A stretch of 63,788 nucleotides of DNA, filler included, from Chiloscyllium plagiosum (GCF_004010195.1; 4 parts of one record of this genome joined end to end with filler, not necessarily neighbours in it), one strand, 5' to 3'. Shown: positions 24,540 through 37,489, counted from the first letter of the whole stretch. Notes: generated by a model from the letters alone, not told the origin. Numbers and translations: made by a program.

Positions 24540-25150
24540 CCGTACTGGGGGAAGAGGGTTACCCCTTCCCTCGCCATATTTCCGTGTTTTTTTTTAAAAA
24601 TGTGCCAGCCAGATTTTGACGAAGTTTTAAAGGATTAATGACGTGGAACTCTCGGTGGGTTGGTTTCCTGCCTTCTTTGCTCTTCACCTTCACACTGCCT
24701 CATCGCCAAGACCTTCCTCTCCACCCCCCCTCCTCCTCTCTCACCTCACCTCACCCCCAACCAGGGGTATCCTTTGCCTCTCGCCCGCCTGGAATTAAAC
24801 TGAAAAGAGGTTCCAGTTTCCTCTGCGCCCCACCCCTCCACCTTCCAGCTGCCACAGACTCGCCTTCTCCCTGCGCCCCATGTCGCTCCCTCGTCTCCAG
24901 ACCCTCGCGCCCACCGCCGCCCGACCCTCGCCGAATGCGCGCGCGCACGTACGCGCGAGCGACAGGGAATCCAGAATGTTCTCTCAACCCCCCGCTTCCC
25001 GAAAGGAGAAGGTAACCGTCGTGCAAACTTCGAAGTACGTCCCTACCTCGAGGTGGGGTGATTTTCCAACGGACCACGGTGAGGTGACCTTTTTTTTTCC
25101 AGAAGTTTCTGTGGGAGTGACGCGTTCTACCTGCCCTGGTACTGTTCACC
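24540..25150. promoter_or_regulatory. CpG-island-like putative promoter
   Basis: The only non-repeat CpG-dense tract in a CpG-depleted window. It contains an NRF1-like palindrome TGCGCGCGCGCA (24936-24947), a YY1-like CGCCATATT (24572-24580) and splice-donor-like motifs on both sides. Confidence 0.6.
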
Positions 25151-26238
25151 TGAGCAGCTCTCTGACTGACTGACTGTGCTTCACTCCCACCCCCCCCCAC
25201 ACACACAGACAGAAACACTCCAGTCTGTGACCACGCCTGCAGAACCTGCTCCCTCAGTCATCAAACTGGGAGGCAGCATCCAGCCAGAGGGAAGAAAAAC
25301 TCCAAACAAAACCCTCTGATGACTCAGGAATTCAAACATTTTTATTTACTCCACCTCTGCCCACTTCCTCGTCTAGTAGAGAGCACCATTCGGGGGTCAG
25401 GTCCCTTCAACAAGAAAATGCTGGGGGTAGAAGCAGGCCTTTCCGCACCTTGATAATATCCTGACTGGGAATCGGTTTAGCTCAGTTGGCTGGATTGTGC
25501 TTTTCCAGCACCACTTTGATCTAAACTCTGGATTGTTAGTTTGCAGGGCAGTGAGATGTCAACAGTGTGGGTTCAATTCCCTCCACTGGTTTGAGGTTAC
25601 CATGAAGGACTCTCCTTCTCAACCTCTCCCCTCGTCTGGTGGCCCTCAGGTTAAATTGCTTCTCTCCAACAAGGTCTGCTAAGGTTGGTGACACAACAAT
25701 AACAAATTCCCGATTTACCTACCAGTAGGCCATTCGGATACAGCCTGCTTCACCATTCATTAAGATTATGGCTGATTCAATTGTAGCCTTAAATCTGCAT
25801 TTCTATCTAATCCACAAAAATCTTTCATGCCCATACTTAACAAGAATCAATTTATTCTCTGCCTTAAAAACATTCAAGGACTCTGCTTCCAAAATATTTT
25901 GAGGAAGAGCGTTCCATTGATTCACCAGCCTCAGAGGTAAAACAAATTGTTAAAACTTGGTGATCCCTGATCTTTAAACAGTGGCTCCTAGTTCTAGATT
26001 CTGCCATAAGAGGAAACTTCTCTCCAATTCTACCTTGTTCAGACCCCTCAGGATCTTCTATGTTTCAATCAAGTGACCTCTTACTCTTCTCAACTTTGCA
26101 TAGTTTGTCTAACATTTCATCATAATACAACCTATTCTGCCAACTCCCAACCCCCCCATTCCAATGGTAGTCCCCAGTAATTCAACTCTGAACTGCCTTT
26201 AATGTATTTACATCATTCCTTAAAGTAGGGTGACCAAT

Positions 26239-27386
26239 TAGCAGAGGCAGTAATGCAGAGACTCGAACAAAAAACTCTGCCAACTATTCGACCCAAACTT
26301 TGGGTCTGTTACATTGACGACATCTTTGTCATTACTAAACGAAACAAATTAGAGGAAACCTTCAAGACCATTAAGATCCTTATTGGTGTAAAATTCACTA
26401 AAGAGGAGGAAAACATCAACAACAACAAATTGCCATTCCTAGATGTCACAGTAAAGCAAACAGCCAGTGGGGAACTTCAAACCAACGTCCACAGGAAAAC
26501 AACACATACGGACCACATACTGAACTACAGAAGCAACTATCCCAAAACCCACAAACGAAGCTGCATTAGAACATTATTTCAGCAAGTCACCACACACTGC
26601 AGCACACAGGAATTACGAAGAGCAGAGAAATCACCTATACAGCATATTCAAAAAGAATGGGTACCTAATGAACATAATCTGCCAATTTCTCAGCAACAAA
26701 CCCAAAAAACAGACAAAACGTGTCCAGAAACCCTAGCCACTATCCCCTACATCAAAGTCATTTCGGAACTGACTACCAGACTACTCAGACCTCTTGATAT
26801 CATAGTAGCCCACAAACCCACCAACACACTAAAACAGCAGCTAATGAACTTGAAAGACCCCATAGAGACAGCAAGCAAAACTAATGTCATTTACAAAATA
26901 CCTTGCAAGATCTGCAACAATCATTACATTGGACAAACAGGCAGAAAACTAGCCACCAGGATACAAGAACATCAACTAGTCACAAAGAGACACTCTCATT
27001 AGTATCCTTAAATACAGATGAGGAGGGACACCACTTTGACTGGGACAACACATCAGTCCTAGGACAAGCCAAACAGAGACACACAGGACTTGTTAGAAGC
27101 AAGGCATTCCAACTAGAACTCTTCCAACTATAAATGGGGTCCAACCATATTGACTTGGACCCCATTTATCACCCTCTGAGAAAAGGAACAGGAACTGACA
27201 TCATCAACCAAAGGAAACCTAAACACATAAGTAGAAAGTGGGTCACTAACACCAGTGCTTCACTGGAGGCTCACTGATGATGTTACCTAGTATGGTGATG
27301 AAACGTCTGAAACTGAATCTTGCAGCCTAGTGAGGAAACTTGCATCCAGAACCTCAACCTGAGCTACAAGTCTTCTCAAAACTCAC
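26239..27386 (+). mobile_element. 5'-truncated Penelope-like retroelement (RT C-terminal half + GIY-YIG endonuclease + 3' repeat with hammerhead)
   Basis: ORF 26253-27002 has CYIDDIFVI, LPFLDV, HRKTTHTD and the GIY-YIG motif NVIYKIPCKICNNHYIGQTGRKLATRIQEH. Exact 13-bp TSD tagggtgaccaat at 26226-26238 and 27387-27399. Confidence 0.93.
27271..27310 (+). ncRNA. Minimal type-I hammerhead ribozyme motif in the PLE 3' repeat
   Basis: uca-CUGAUGA-UGUUACC-uaguau-GGUGAU-GAAAC-GUC-uga: both conserved boxes, stem II, palindromic ACGU stem III, GUC triplet, and a uca/uga helix I. Confidence 0.75.
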
Positions 27387-29618
27387 TAGGGTGACCAATA
27401 TTGTACATAGTTCTTCAGTTATGTTCATCAGTGCTCTATATAGCTGAAGCACAACCTCTCTACTTTTGCTTTCAGTTCCCCTTGCACTAAATAATAACAT
27501 TCTATTTACTTTCCTAATTACTTGCTGTATCTGTATACTAACTTTTGTGATTCATGCACAAGGACATCCAAATCCCTCTGTATCTCAGAACTTTGTAATC
27601 TCTCATAATTTTGACAATGATTTTTTATTCTTTTTGCCAGAATGGACAATTTTGCATTTTTTTCCACATTTTATTTTATATGCTATATCTTTGCTCATTC
27701 ACTTAACTTGTTTATATCTTTTAGGCTCTTTTTGCCACCTGTGCAACTTAATTTCCTACCTAACTTTCTGAATAAAGCAAATTTGGCAACTGTATGTTCT
27801 ATTCCTTTACCCAAGTCATTTATACAAATTGTAAGCTGTGGTCCCAGCCCCCTTCAGTGATCTGATTGAGGTCTCAACTCCACTTTCCTGTCTGCACACC
27901 ACCCCTAACCTTACGTAACCTATGACATCCTTATCAATCAACCTCCACATAGTCCTTCGCAGATGATTATGGAAATTCTCTCCTTAAGAACATTAACTCT
28001 GATTTCTCCAGCATCTGCAGTCCCCATTGTCTTCTAGTTTCTGATAACCTATTCCAAGTGTCTCCTTCCTTAGTTTGCTGACCATTTTCATATACTGTGT
28101 CTGTGAGTAGCACTTTGAGACTTCCACACTATGTTCAAACACATACAAGTTGTTGCTTCCACCTTCTGTGTCTCACCAAATTGGCCACACTTCCTGCTTT
28201 ATCCTGGGCAGTGAAGTTGGCTAGAATATGAGGAGGGGGAAGGGTTTATCAATACCATGGGCATTGCTTTCAAATAAACCTGACAGATCTGTTGACAGAA
28301 AAATGATTAGGAGGGGGGAGCTTGGGTTGATACCCTGACTCAAAGGACAGTAAAACAAAGACAAAGAATGAAAGGAGGAAACAGAAAAACCTAAATGGTT
28401 TCCAGCAGAGCAACAAAGTTCATGGTTTCCTGCCACTCTCTTTCTCAGATTACATGTCAATTAAAGAAAGAAAGATCTTGCATTATATTAGGGTGTCTTT
28501 CGGGATCCCAGGATTTCTCTCTTAAGAACTTAACAGAATTTTCCCTGTACTGTCACTACGTTCCCAGACAATCTGCTTCAGTCATATTGATACGAGGGAT
28601 AAATATTGGCAGGAATCCCAGGACAAGCTCCTGCTTGTCAAAATACTGCCATGGGATCTTTCATGTTCAACTGAGAGGATAAATGGAAGTTCAGTTCAAT
28701 ATCTCAACTGAAAGTCAACACCCCCAATAATGTAGCATCCCTTTAGTACCACCCTGGATGTAATCTCAATTGCTTGGATAGATACTGACCCCACAAATGT
28801 TTTCTCTGCTTCCCATCACTGTCTCTTGCTCTCTCTTCACACTATTACATGGTGACCCATTCAACAATACATGAAGAGGTCTAATTTGCAGGCCTCCAAC
28901 ATTCATTCTCAGGATGTGAGGCCACAGTCTAAACCAGAATGCAATACTGACCATTTCTTCTTGTGCAGCTGGTAAAAGTTTGACGCAATTCGAGTGGTTT
29001 CTATACCATTACAGGGGATAGTTAAGATTCTAAATCTATTGGTACAGAGTTATAGTCACATATAGATCACTGTCATGCAGACATTCTTATCTGGGAGAAA
29101 GTGAGGACTGCAGATGTTGGAGATCAGAGTCGAAATATGTGGTGCTGGAAAAGCACAGCCAGTCAGGTAGCATCTGAAGAGCAGGAGTCAACATTTCGAG
29201 CATAAGCTCTTCAGGAACCTAGAACTAAAGAGCTGAACTCCAGGGATGACTATAGAATGACTGCCCTTAATGTCAAGGCAGTATTTGATTGAGTATACCA
29301 TTAAAGCACCCCAGTAAGACTAAAATCAGTAGGATTCAGAATGAATACTGTCCAGTGGTTGGAGTGATATCTAGTTCAAAGGAAGATGATTGCAGTTGCA
29401 GAAGTCAACTATCTCAGCTCCAGGACATCACTGCATGAGTTCCACAGTGAAGATAAATTTCTAATTAACCTGTTCAGAGATGTTATCACATACCTCTGGA
29501 GCATGTGACTCAGAAATAGAGATATTGCCATTGCACCACAAGAACCCTCAAGTTCCCCAGAGTAGTGTCCTAGGCCCAAGCATCTTCAGCTGCTCCATCA
29601 ATAAACTTCCTTCCTTCA

Positions 29619-30176
29619 TGTGATGCTGCCCATTTAAAAAGGTTATTTTGTCCTTGGGTTTTTTTCAAGAGGTGCCCATAGGTCTAATAATGGCAGGGGA
29701 GTGGCCAGTTCTCCCAATTTAGTTTTTTTTCTAGTTTGGTTTAGCTTTACCAGGCAGTCAGAAGCTGCTTGCAGTGCAGCAAGGTTCCAACTTTCAGCAG
29801 ATGGTTCCTGACTGCCTTTCTCTCTGAAATGTCTTTGGAAGCTATTTCCTCTTGCCTGTAAGAACCTGTGTTGGAATTTACTTTTCCGAAGGGCTATGTT
29901 CATGGGATGTTGAAGGAATTGGAACAGCTCATTAGTTAAGTTGCTGTATCAAGTTGGTTGGGTCTTCAAATAATTAAGTTGCTTTAAGTTATGTTTTCGT
30001 TTGTTTGTGTTTCAGCTGTTGTGTTCAAATACATTCTGTTCGCTTAAAGCCAAATGGTTTGACCAGCTGCATCACTCCTGGGATATCTACTTCACATCTG
30101 CCTTTAAAAAAAGAAAAAGTTAGGGTCTGGGCTATCTTCTTAATATATTTTGCGGGGTCCTGCTTGGTTCGTAACA
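29619..30176. mobile_element. Solo LTR inserted in a CR1/L2-clade LINE
   Basis: Termini TGTGATG...CGTAACA and flanks ttca/gtca. The host LINE (catcttcagctgctccatcaata...|...gaagtagggatgtttgctgat) resumes colinearly across it. Confidence 0.65.
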
Positions 30177-30868
30177 GTCATAAAGACAGAAGTAGGGATG
30201 TTTGCTGATTATTTCACAATGTTCAGTTCTATTTGCAACTCTTCAGATATTGAAGCATTTTGTTACCAACACAATCTACTAATAGACAGAGTTATAACAA
30301 TAGTATTTCCAACAAGATGCTGATGACAGACCAAAAGGTGTTCTGCCTTCAACACCATTGAGTAATTATGGCATATGAATGTTATTGCTGAGGCAATGTC
30401 AGGTGCATAGGGCATATATTTCATTGACAATAAACTACAGGTCTCTTTTGCTATTCGCACAGATAAGAGTACCAACTGTGGCAAACTGTGTTTACAAAAC
30501 TCAGAATATAATGTCTAACATTAGATGTGATTCAACAATTGGACACCACCCAATGACCAATCCCAAATGTGCTAATAATGGCACTAGAAACAATTTAAGG
30601 GAATCAGATGAACTCACAATATAACTCACCTGTTTGCTAGAAGAAACATATACTCATATGGAAGGCCCATTCTTCTGCAGACAAAAGGAACACATCAGGA
30701 AATGTACCTTTTGTGGTAGTAGTGGGGGTGGATAATAGTTGCATCATGCAACAGCTTGATCATTAAGAATCAAAATGCAAACCCATCAAAACTTTTTATC
30801 TTCTGATATATAAATTTTCTACCCTTTGAAATTTTCAGAAGTAGTAAGGTTGTGCTACCAAGCAACTA

Positions 30869-31758
30869 TCTGTCATTTATATAAATGATTTGGATGAGAA
30901 TATAGGAAACCCAGTTAGTAAAATTGCAGATAAGTACAAAATTGGTTGTATGAAAGTTATCTAAGATTACAAAGGGATCTTGATAAATTGAGCTAATGGT
31001 CAAGAAGTGGCAGTGGATTTTAATTTAGGTAATTGCGAGATGTTGCATTTTGGTAAGACGAATAATGGTAGGACTTACACAGTTAATGGTCTTGAGGAGG
31101 GTTATTGAACACAGAGAATTGAGGGTTCAAGTACATAGTCACGCGAAAGTGGAGTCACAGGGTAAACAGAGTGTTAAAGAAGGTTAAAGTTGGATGTCAT
31201 GTTGTGGTTGTATAGGATGTTGGTAAGGCCACTTTTGGTGTACTGTGTACAGTTTTGATCATCCTGCAATACGAATTATATTATTAAATTGGAGAGTGTA
31301 TAGAAAAGGTTTACAAGGATGCTAGCAGGACTGGAGGATTTGAGTTATAAGGAGAGGCTGGGACTTTTTTCACTGGAGTGTAGGAGGTTGAGGGGGTGAC
31401 CTTTTTTGAGGTTTATCAATGGGGAATAGATAAGGTGAATAGCAAAGGTCTTTTCCCTAGGGTAGGAGAGTTCAAAACTAGAGAGCATAATTTTATGGTG
31501 GGAGGAGAAAGATTTAGAAGGAACCTGAGGGGCAACATTTTCACACAGAGGGTGGTTCATATGTGGAATAAACTGCCAGAGCAAGTGATAGATGCATGTA
31601 TGGTGACAACATCTAAAAGCCATTTGAACAGGTACATGAATAGGATAAGTTTAGAGGGAAATGAGCCAAATACAGGCAAATGGGTATAGTTTGGGAAACC
31701 TGTTTGGCATGGACAAGTTGGATCAAAGGGTCTGTTTCCATGCTGTATGACTCTATAG
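30869..31758 (+). mobile_element. CR1 LINE RT/3' fragment
   Basis: FIYINDLDE-like start, GLFPRVGEFKTR...IFTQRVVHMWNKLP and CR1 tail. Confidence 0.85.
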
Positions 31759-31945
31759 AATTTTGTCTTGAGATACTTGGATGCCATACTTAAGGGACTG
31801 AATGGGCTCCTCCTCCTGTTGCAAATGCATCTACAGGAATTAAAGATTACAGTAACATTCTACTAGTAAAACTGGTGGAGTCTGATTCTGTAAATATTTT
31901 TGTGAGTTTGGCAGATTCTTGGAGGGTGGATAATATACAGAAGCA

Positions 31946-32159
31946 GATATGGAAATGTGTTGCTGGAAAAGCGCAGCAGGTCAGGCAGCATCTAGGGAAC
32001 AGGAGAATCGACGTTTCGGGCATTAGCCCTTCTTCAGGAAAGGCTAATGCCCGAAACGTCGATTCTCCTGTTCCCTAGATGCTGCCTGACCTGCTGCGCT
32101 TTTCCAGCAACACATTTCCATCTCTGATCTCCAGCATCTGCAGACCTCACTTTCTCCTC
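31946..32159 (+). mobile_element. PLE-derived fold-back element with perfect 80-bp arms
   Basis: 31949-32028 is the exact reverse complement of 32042-32121. Exact 14-bp TSD aatatacagaagca at 31932-31945 and 32160-32173. Confidence 0.88.
32010..32037 (-). ncRNA. Minimal hammerhead ribozyme motif
   Basis: Minus strand CUGAAGA-AGGGC-UAAU-GCCC-GAAAC-GUC. Confidence 0.7.
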
Positions 32160-32198
32160 AATATACAGAAGCAAGCAATTAGGGCTTGTACAACTACA

Positions 32199-32325
32199 AG
32201 CCTGAAGAAGGGCATGTGCCCGAAACGTCGAATCTTCTGTTCCCTAGATGCTGCCTGACCTGCTGTGCTGTTCCAGCAAAAAAGTTTCAGCTTTGATCTC
32301 CAGCGTCTGCAGACCTCACTTTCTC
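32199..32325 (+). mobile_element. 127-bp PLE-derived minimal repeat with intact hammerhead core (32202-32229)
   Basis: Exact 14-bp TSD cttgtacaactaca at 32185-32198 and 32326-32339. Core CUGAAGA-AGGGCA-UG-UGCCC-GAAAC-GUC. Confidence 0.82.
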
Positions 32326-32744
32326 CTTGTACAACTACACTTTCAAAGAGCAAGCAAAATCAAGATGGGCTAAATGGCCTTCTGCAATTTATGTGACTGC
32401 TGAGCACCGCAATAAACAAGTTATGGGAGCCTTTTTAAAAATTATTTTGTGTGCATTGTAATCAGCTTTGCAAACACTAGAGTCTGCAGAAATTAAGGAA
32501 ATTTATTAGATAGTCAAGCATTATCCAATTGAATAATGAAGAAGGATGGTCACTTGAAAGTGAGGCAATGAGAATTTGGCACACCGGGCAACCACTGGTG
32601 GGAGAATGGACATGGAGCCTTTGGCGATGCGGAGTCATGTGACAAAATCTCCAGGAGTTATGCCTAACAGTTTTATCAACTCGACTCTGATCCTATCCAG
32701 TGAGCCCTGTTAAACTGTGGTCATCACTCATCGATTGTTTCTTC

Positions 32745-33750
32745 CATAAGACATAGGAGCTGAACTAAGGCCATTCGGCCCATCAGGTCCACTCCTCCAT
32801 TTAATCATGGCTCATGGGCATTTCAACTCCACTTACCCGCACTCTCCCCGTAGCCCTTAATTCCTTGCGAGATCAAGAATTTATCAATCCCTGTCTTGAA
32901 GACATTTAACATCCTGGTCTCCACTGCGCTCCGTGGCAATGAATTCCATAGGCCCACCACTCTCTAGCGAAAGAAATGTCTTCACATTTGCATTCTAAAT
33001 TGACCCTCTCTAATTTTAAGGCTGTGCCCACGGGTCCTAATGGAAACAATTTCCCAGTGTTCACCCTTTCTAAGCCATGCATTATGTTGTAAGTTTCTAT
33101 TAGATCTCCCCTCAACCTTCTAAACTTTAAATGAATACAATCTCAGGATCCTCAGCCGTTCTTCGTATGTTAGGCTTATCATTCCAGGGATCATCCATGT
33201 GAATCTCCGTTGGACACGCTGCAGTGCCAGTATGTCCTTCCTGAGGTGTGGGGCCCAAAATTGGACACAGTATTCTAAATGGGGCCTAACTAGACCTTTA
33301 TAAAGTCTCAGAAGCACATCACTGCTTTTATATTCTGACCCTCTTGAGATAAATGACAATATTACATTAGCTTTCTTAATCATGGACTCAACCTGCAAGT
33401 TAACCTTTAACAATCCTGGACTAGCACTCCCAGATCCCTTTGTACTTTGACTTTATGAATTTTCTCACTGTTTAGAAAATAGTCCATGCCTGCATTCTTT
33501 TTTCCAAAGTGCAAACCTCTCATTTGCTCACGATGAATTTCATCAGCCATTTCCTAGACTACACTCCTAAACTGTCTTAACCTTTCTGCAGCCTCCCCAT
33601 CTCCTCAATACTGCCCTGTCTGTCCACCTAACTTCATATCTTTGATAAATTTTGCCAGAATGCCCTCAGTCCCTTCATCCAGATCATTAATATAGAAAGT
33701 GAACAGCTGCAACCCCAACACTGAACCCTGTGGGACACCAGTTGTCACTG
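32745..33750 (-). mobile_element. CR1 LINE RT/3' fragment
   Basis: RPHLEYCVQFWAPHLRKDILALQRVQRRFT and MRGDLIETY in minus-strand ORFs; reverse CR1 tail cataagacatagg. Confidence 0.9.
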
Positions 33751-34364
33751 ATACAAGTGAAGGCTCTAGCGCAGTTTAGGTCTATTGACCTGGTAAGATG
33801 AGGTATGACATATTGTTAAAAATGTTTTCAGTCACGGGATGTGGTTGTCATTGGAAGTTGTCCCTCCCTAATTGCCCGTAAACTACTTGGCTGTTTCAGA
33901 CAGCGAACCACATTGTTGAGGATCTAGAATTGGGTGTAGTTCAGGCCAATTAAGATGATAAATTTCATTCTCTGAAGTGCTGATAGTGTCTACTGTGCCA
34001 TTGCATAGTGAAGATTTTCAAGCAATGATATGTAGGGGAGAGAGATGGACAAATAAATATCATCCTGAGAAATCTTTAACTAAGACCTACTCATTGGAAC
34101 GTAGTAAATTGGAGCAAGAGTAGACTGTTGAGACCTTGGCTGCCTGTTCTGCCATTCTACTACATCATGACTAATCTTCTACCTTCACACCATTTTTCCA
34201 CTTCTTCCCCATGTATCTTTATATCTCTTAATATCTAATATCTGGAAATTTATTAATTTCTATCTTAAACTCGCTCAATGATCATTCATAACCATCTGAG
34301 CCAGAGAATTCTAAAGATTCATCACCTGAGTGAAGAAATTTATTTTCATCCCTGTTCTAAATGG

Positions 34365-34920
34365 AAATAAAAACAGAAATTGCTGGAAAATCTCAGCAGG
34401 TCTGGTAGCATCTATGGAGAAGAATCAGAGTTAATATTTTGTGTCCAGTGACCCTTCTCCAGAACTCTTCTTCAGGTCATTAGACTTTCCCTAGGGTGGG
34501 GAATCCAGAACTAGAGGGCATAGGTTCAGGGTAGAGGGGAAAGATGTAAAAGGGACCTAAAGAGCAACTTTTTCATGCAGAAGGTGGTGCATGTATGGAA
34601 TGAGCTGCCAGAGGAAGTGGTGAAGGCTTGAACAATTGCAACATTTAAAAGTCATTTGGATGGGTATATGAAGAGGAAGGGTTTGGAGGGATATGGGCGA
34701 AGTGCTGGTAAGTGGGACTAGATTAGGTGAGGGTAGCTGGTTGGCATGGACGGGTTGGACCAAAGAATCTGTTTCCGTGCTGTACATCTCGATAACCCTT
34801 TGACCCGAAACATTAACTGATTTCTCTTCACAGATGCTGCCAGACCTGCTGAGATTTTTGAGCAATTTCTGTTTTTCTTTCTGTCTTCCAGCATCTGCAA
34901 TTATTTTGGTTTTTTATTTA
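34365..34920 (+). mobile_element. PLE-derived inverted-repeat element containing a CR1 3' fragment (~34486-34790), itself inside an older CR1
   Basis: 11-bp TSD gttctaaatgg (34354-34364 and 34921-34931). Arms aaaacagaaattgctggaaaatctcagcaggtctgg and ccagacctgctgagatttttgagcaatttctgtttt. Confidence 0.72.
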
Positions 34921-37034
34921 GTTCTAAATGGCTTGACTCCTAATTTTAAGACTGTATCCCCACCCCCTCCAAGAAAAAACTGATGAATCAGTATGTCTCC
35001 ATGTTGAACTGCAATCAGAGGAAACTCTGAGGGTAGCAAGGGTACAGAATTTACTTTAGTTTGGAATACTTCAATATCTATCACCAAGAGTGGCATTGCC
35101 AACTACTGATCAAGCAGGCCAAGTCCCAAAGGACGGTGCTGCTACACAGAGCCTGCAGCAAGTAGTAAGGGGATCAACGAGAGGGAAAAACATACTTGAC
35201 CTAGTCCTCACCAGTTTGCCTGCTACAGGTGCATTTATCCATGACCTACTGATATATGATCAATCCTTTTGGAGATGAAGTCCCATCTCCACAACGAGAA
35301 CACTCACAATATGTTTTGCTCAATGGGATAAACTTAAAAAACAGATAACAGCTCAAGACTGGGAATTTGAGAGGCTGATGTATTTCAATGGTGGTATTTC
35401 TGAAGCTCATGATGATTTCTTTTAAAACCGTTTTTGAGGCCTAGCTTCAGAATTCTTGGGTTTTGTATAAATTAGTAGGCCAGATAAGGTTTGTATAAGC
35501 TTAAGGGAAATACCCACACCTTAGAGAGGATTTTGAGCACTTCTGTGAAGTCCCATGAAGGAATATAATGAAACTATAGAGGAAAGGAATGGTGTTAGTC
35601 CCAGAATAAAGTGTTGGAATAAACTCTGAAGAGATTATTGGACACTGAGTGCATTTAAGCTCAGATACCTGAATAGTGCCAGTTCCAGTCTATAACTTAC
35701 AATCATAGATAATTAAACCAATCAAAGTGTTAGAGACAGGGACTTTGGTCAGATGATTTTGAATGGTGTTTTGGGGTATCGTACAAGGGATGTTTTGGGT
35801 GCTGTTCTAGGAATGTGTTTTGGATATTCTTTAAAAGGTGTGTTTTGGTATTAATGAGGTTATACTTTTTACTATGTATTTAATCTTTATTTTTGTGTTA
35901 TAGAAGATAGTTTGGTTTATTTTATATTCATTTCTTTTGTTAATACATTTTAATGTTAAAGCAAAATCTGCAGCACTGTGTGATTACATTTTAGTGAGAG
36001 ACCAGCTCATTAAAGTAAAACAAATCATAACACATTAGACTTGAAAAAGTAACTGTTTCTCTCCCTGCATAGGCCTCTAGATCTGCTGAATTTCTCCATT
36101 ATTTTCTGGTTTTATTCTCCATCCTGAATGATGGTGGAGCACAACATATCCGTGTCAAAGATAACACTAAAGCACTTGCTACAATCTTCAGCCAGAAATG
36201 CCAAGTGGATGATGACTCTTCCAGATGTCTCTTGTGTCACAGATTCCATTCTACAGCCAATTTGACTCACTCCATATATCAAAAAATGTCCGAAGGCACT
36301 GAATACTGCAACTGCTTTCATAATATTCTGGCAATAGTGTGGATGACATGTGCTCCAAAACTTGCCATGTCACTAGCCAAGCTGTTCCAGAACGCTGGTA
36401 TCTACCTGACAATGTGAAATGTTGCCCAGGAATATCCTGTATACAAAAAGGAACACAAATCCTAGCCAATTATCACCTCCATCAGTCTACTCTCAATCAT
36501 CAGTAAAGTGATGGAATGCATCATCAGCAGTGCTATCAAACAGCATTTGTTTAGCAGTATAACTTGCAAATGGTGCTCAGTTTGCTTTTCTGCCAAAATC
36601 ATTAACTTGGATCCACATGGACAAAAGAGCTGAATTCCAGAGGTGAGATGAGAGTGACTATCTTTGATATCGAGGCCACATTTGATTTTGTGTAGAAAAC
36701 TAGAAACAACGGAAATCGGGGGAAATCTCTCCACTGGTTGGCATCACAATGCATGATGGTAGTTGTTGTTAGAGGTCTGTCTTTTAGCTCTTGGACATCT
36801 CTGCAGGCATTCCTAGAATAATGTTCTTGGCTCAATCATCTTCAACTGCTTCATCAATGATTTCTCTATTTTAAGGTCAGAAATAGAGATGTTCACTGAC
36901 AATTGTGCACTTTTCAGTGCCATTCATGACTTTTCAGCAGTCTACATCCAAATGCAGCACAATCTCCGAGACCATCTCTGACAAGCGAGCATCTAACCAT
37001 CACTGAATGGCATTACCATTTCTGAATTCCCGCT

Positions 37035-37489
37035 GCATGAATGTTTAAGAAAACAGGTACTGCCAAAATGTCTCCAATATAAACCGCCGATAAAAACACC
37101 TCAAGCCAGAAGTTTAACAGAACAAAATGGCCGCAGAATGCTCCGAGAACCAATCAATGATGCCCACCACAGACTCCGAAAATACAACCGGGAAATTGCG
37201 CGCCAAAAACCGTTATTCAAACAAGCAACAAATCAAGAATGGACAGATGCGGTAGAACGAGCCATAAACACCAAACAACGACAAACACAGATAAAGAAAA
37301 ATCGGGACCTGAAGAAAAAACTTGACAAACTCACGAAAAAAGACAAAACCAATAACACAGGGCATGGATAAAGAACTTATCAAACCGGACCCTATCAGAC
37401 ACAGAAAAAGCGGTACTAGTAAAAGGATTAAATTTCAATTACTGAGACGCTGACAAGAAGGATTTCCTAGCAGCATTAGAACCTCAACC
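37035..37489 (+). mobile_element. Penelope-like element N-terminal ORF fragment
   Basis: A basic helical ORF (37138-37371) is followed after a frameshift by WIKNLSNRTLSDTEKAVLVKGLNF, a typical PLE N-terminal motif. Flanked by the direct repeat ctgaattccc (37022-37031 and 37490-37499). Confidence 0.7.

Larger units (their letters stand above)
25722..27855 (-). mobile_element. Old CR1 LINE (host of a Penelope insertion)
   Basis: Degenerate reverse CR1 sequence resumes colinearly on both sides of the 13-bp TSD. Confidence 0.75.

Noticed and set aside
24638..25218. ORFs of 97-155 aa over the CpG island
   Set aside because: Low-complexity Pro/Arg/Gly products typical of GC-rich DNA, with no recognisable family.
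30624..30680. Minus-strand micro-exon candidate (tgcag...aacag|gtgagt); similar donor at ~40176
   Set aside because: The translations do not match DLEC1 or any protein I recognise, and there is no other support.
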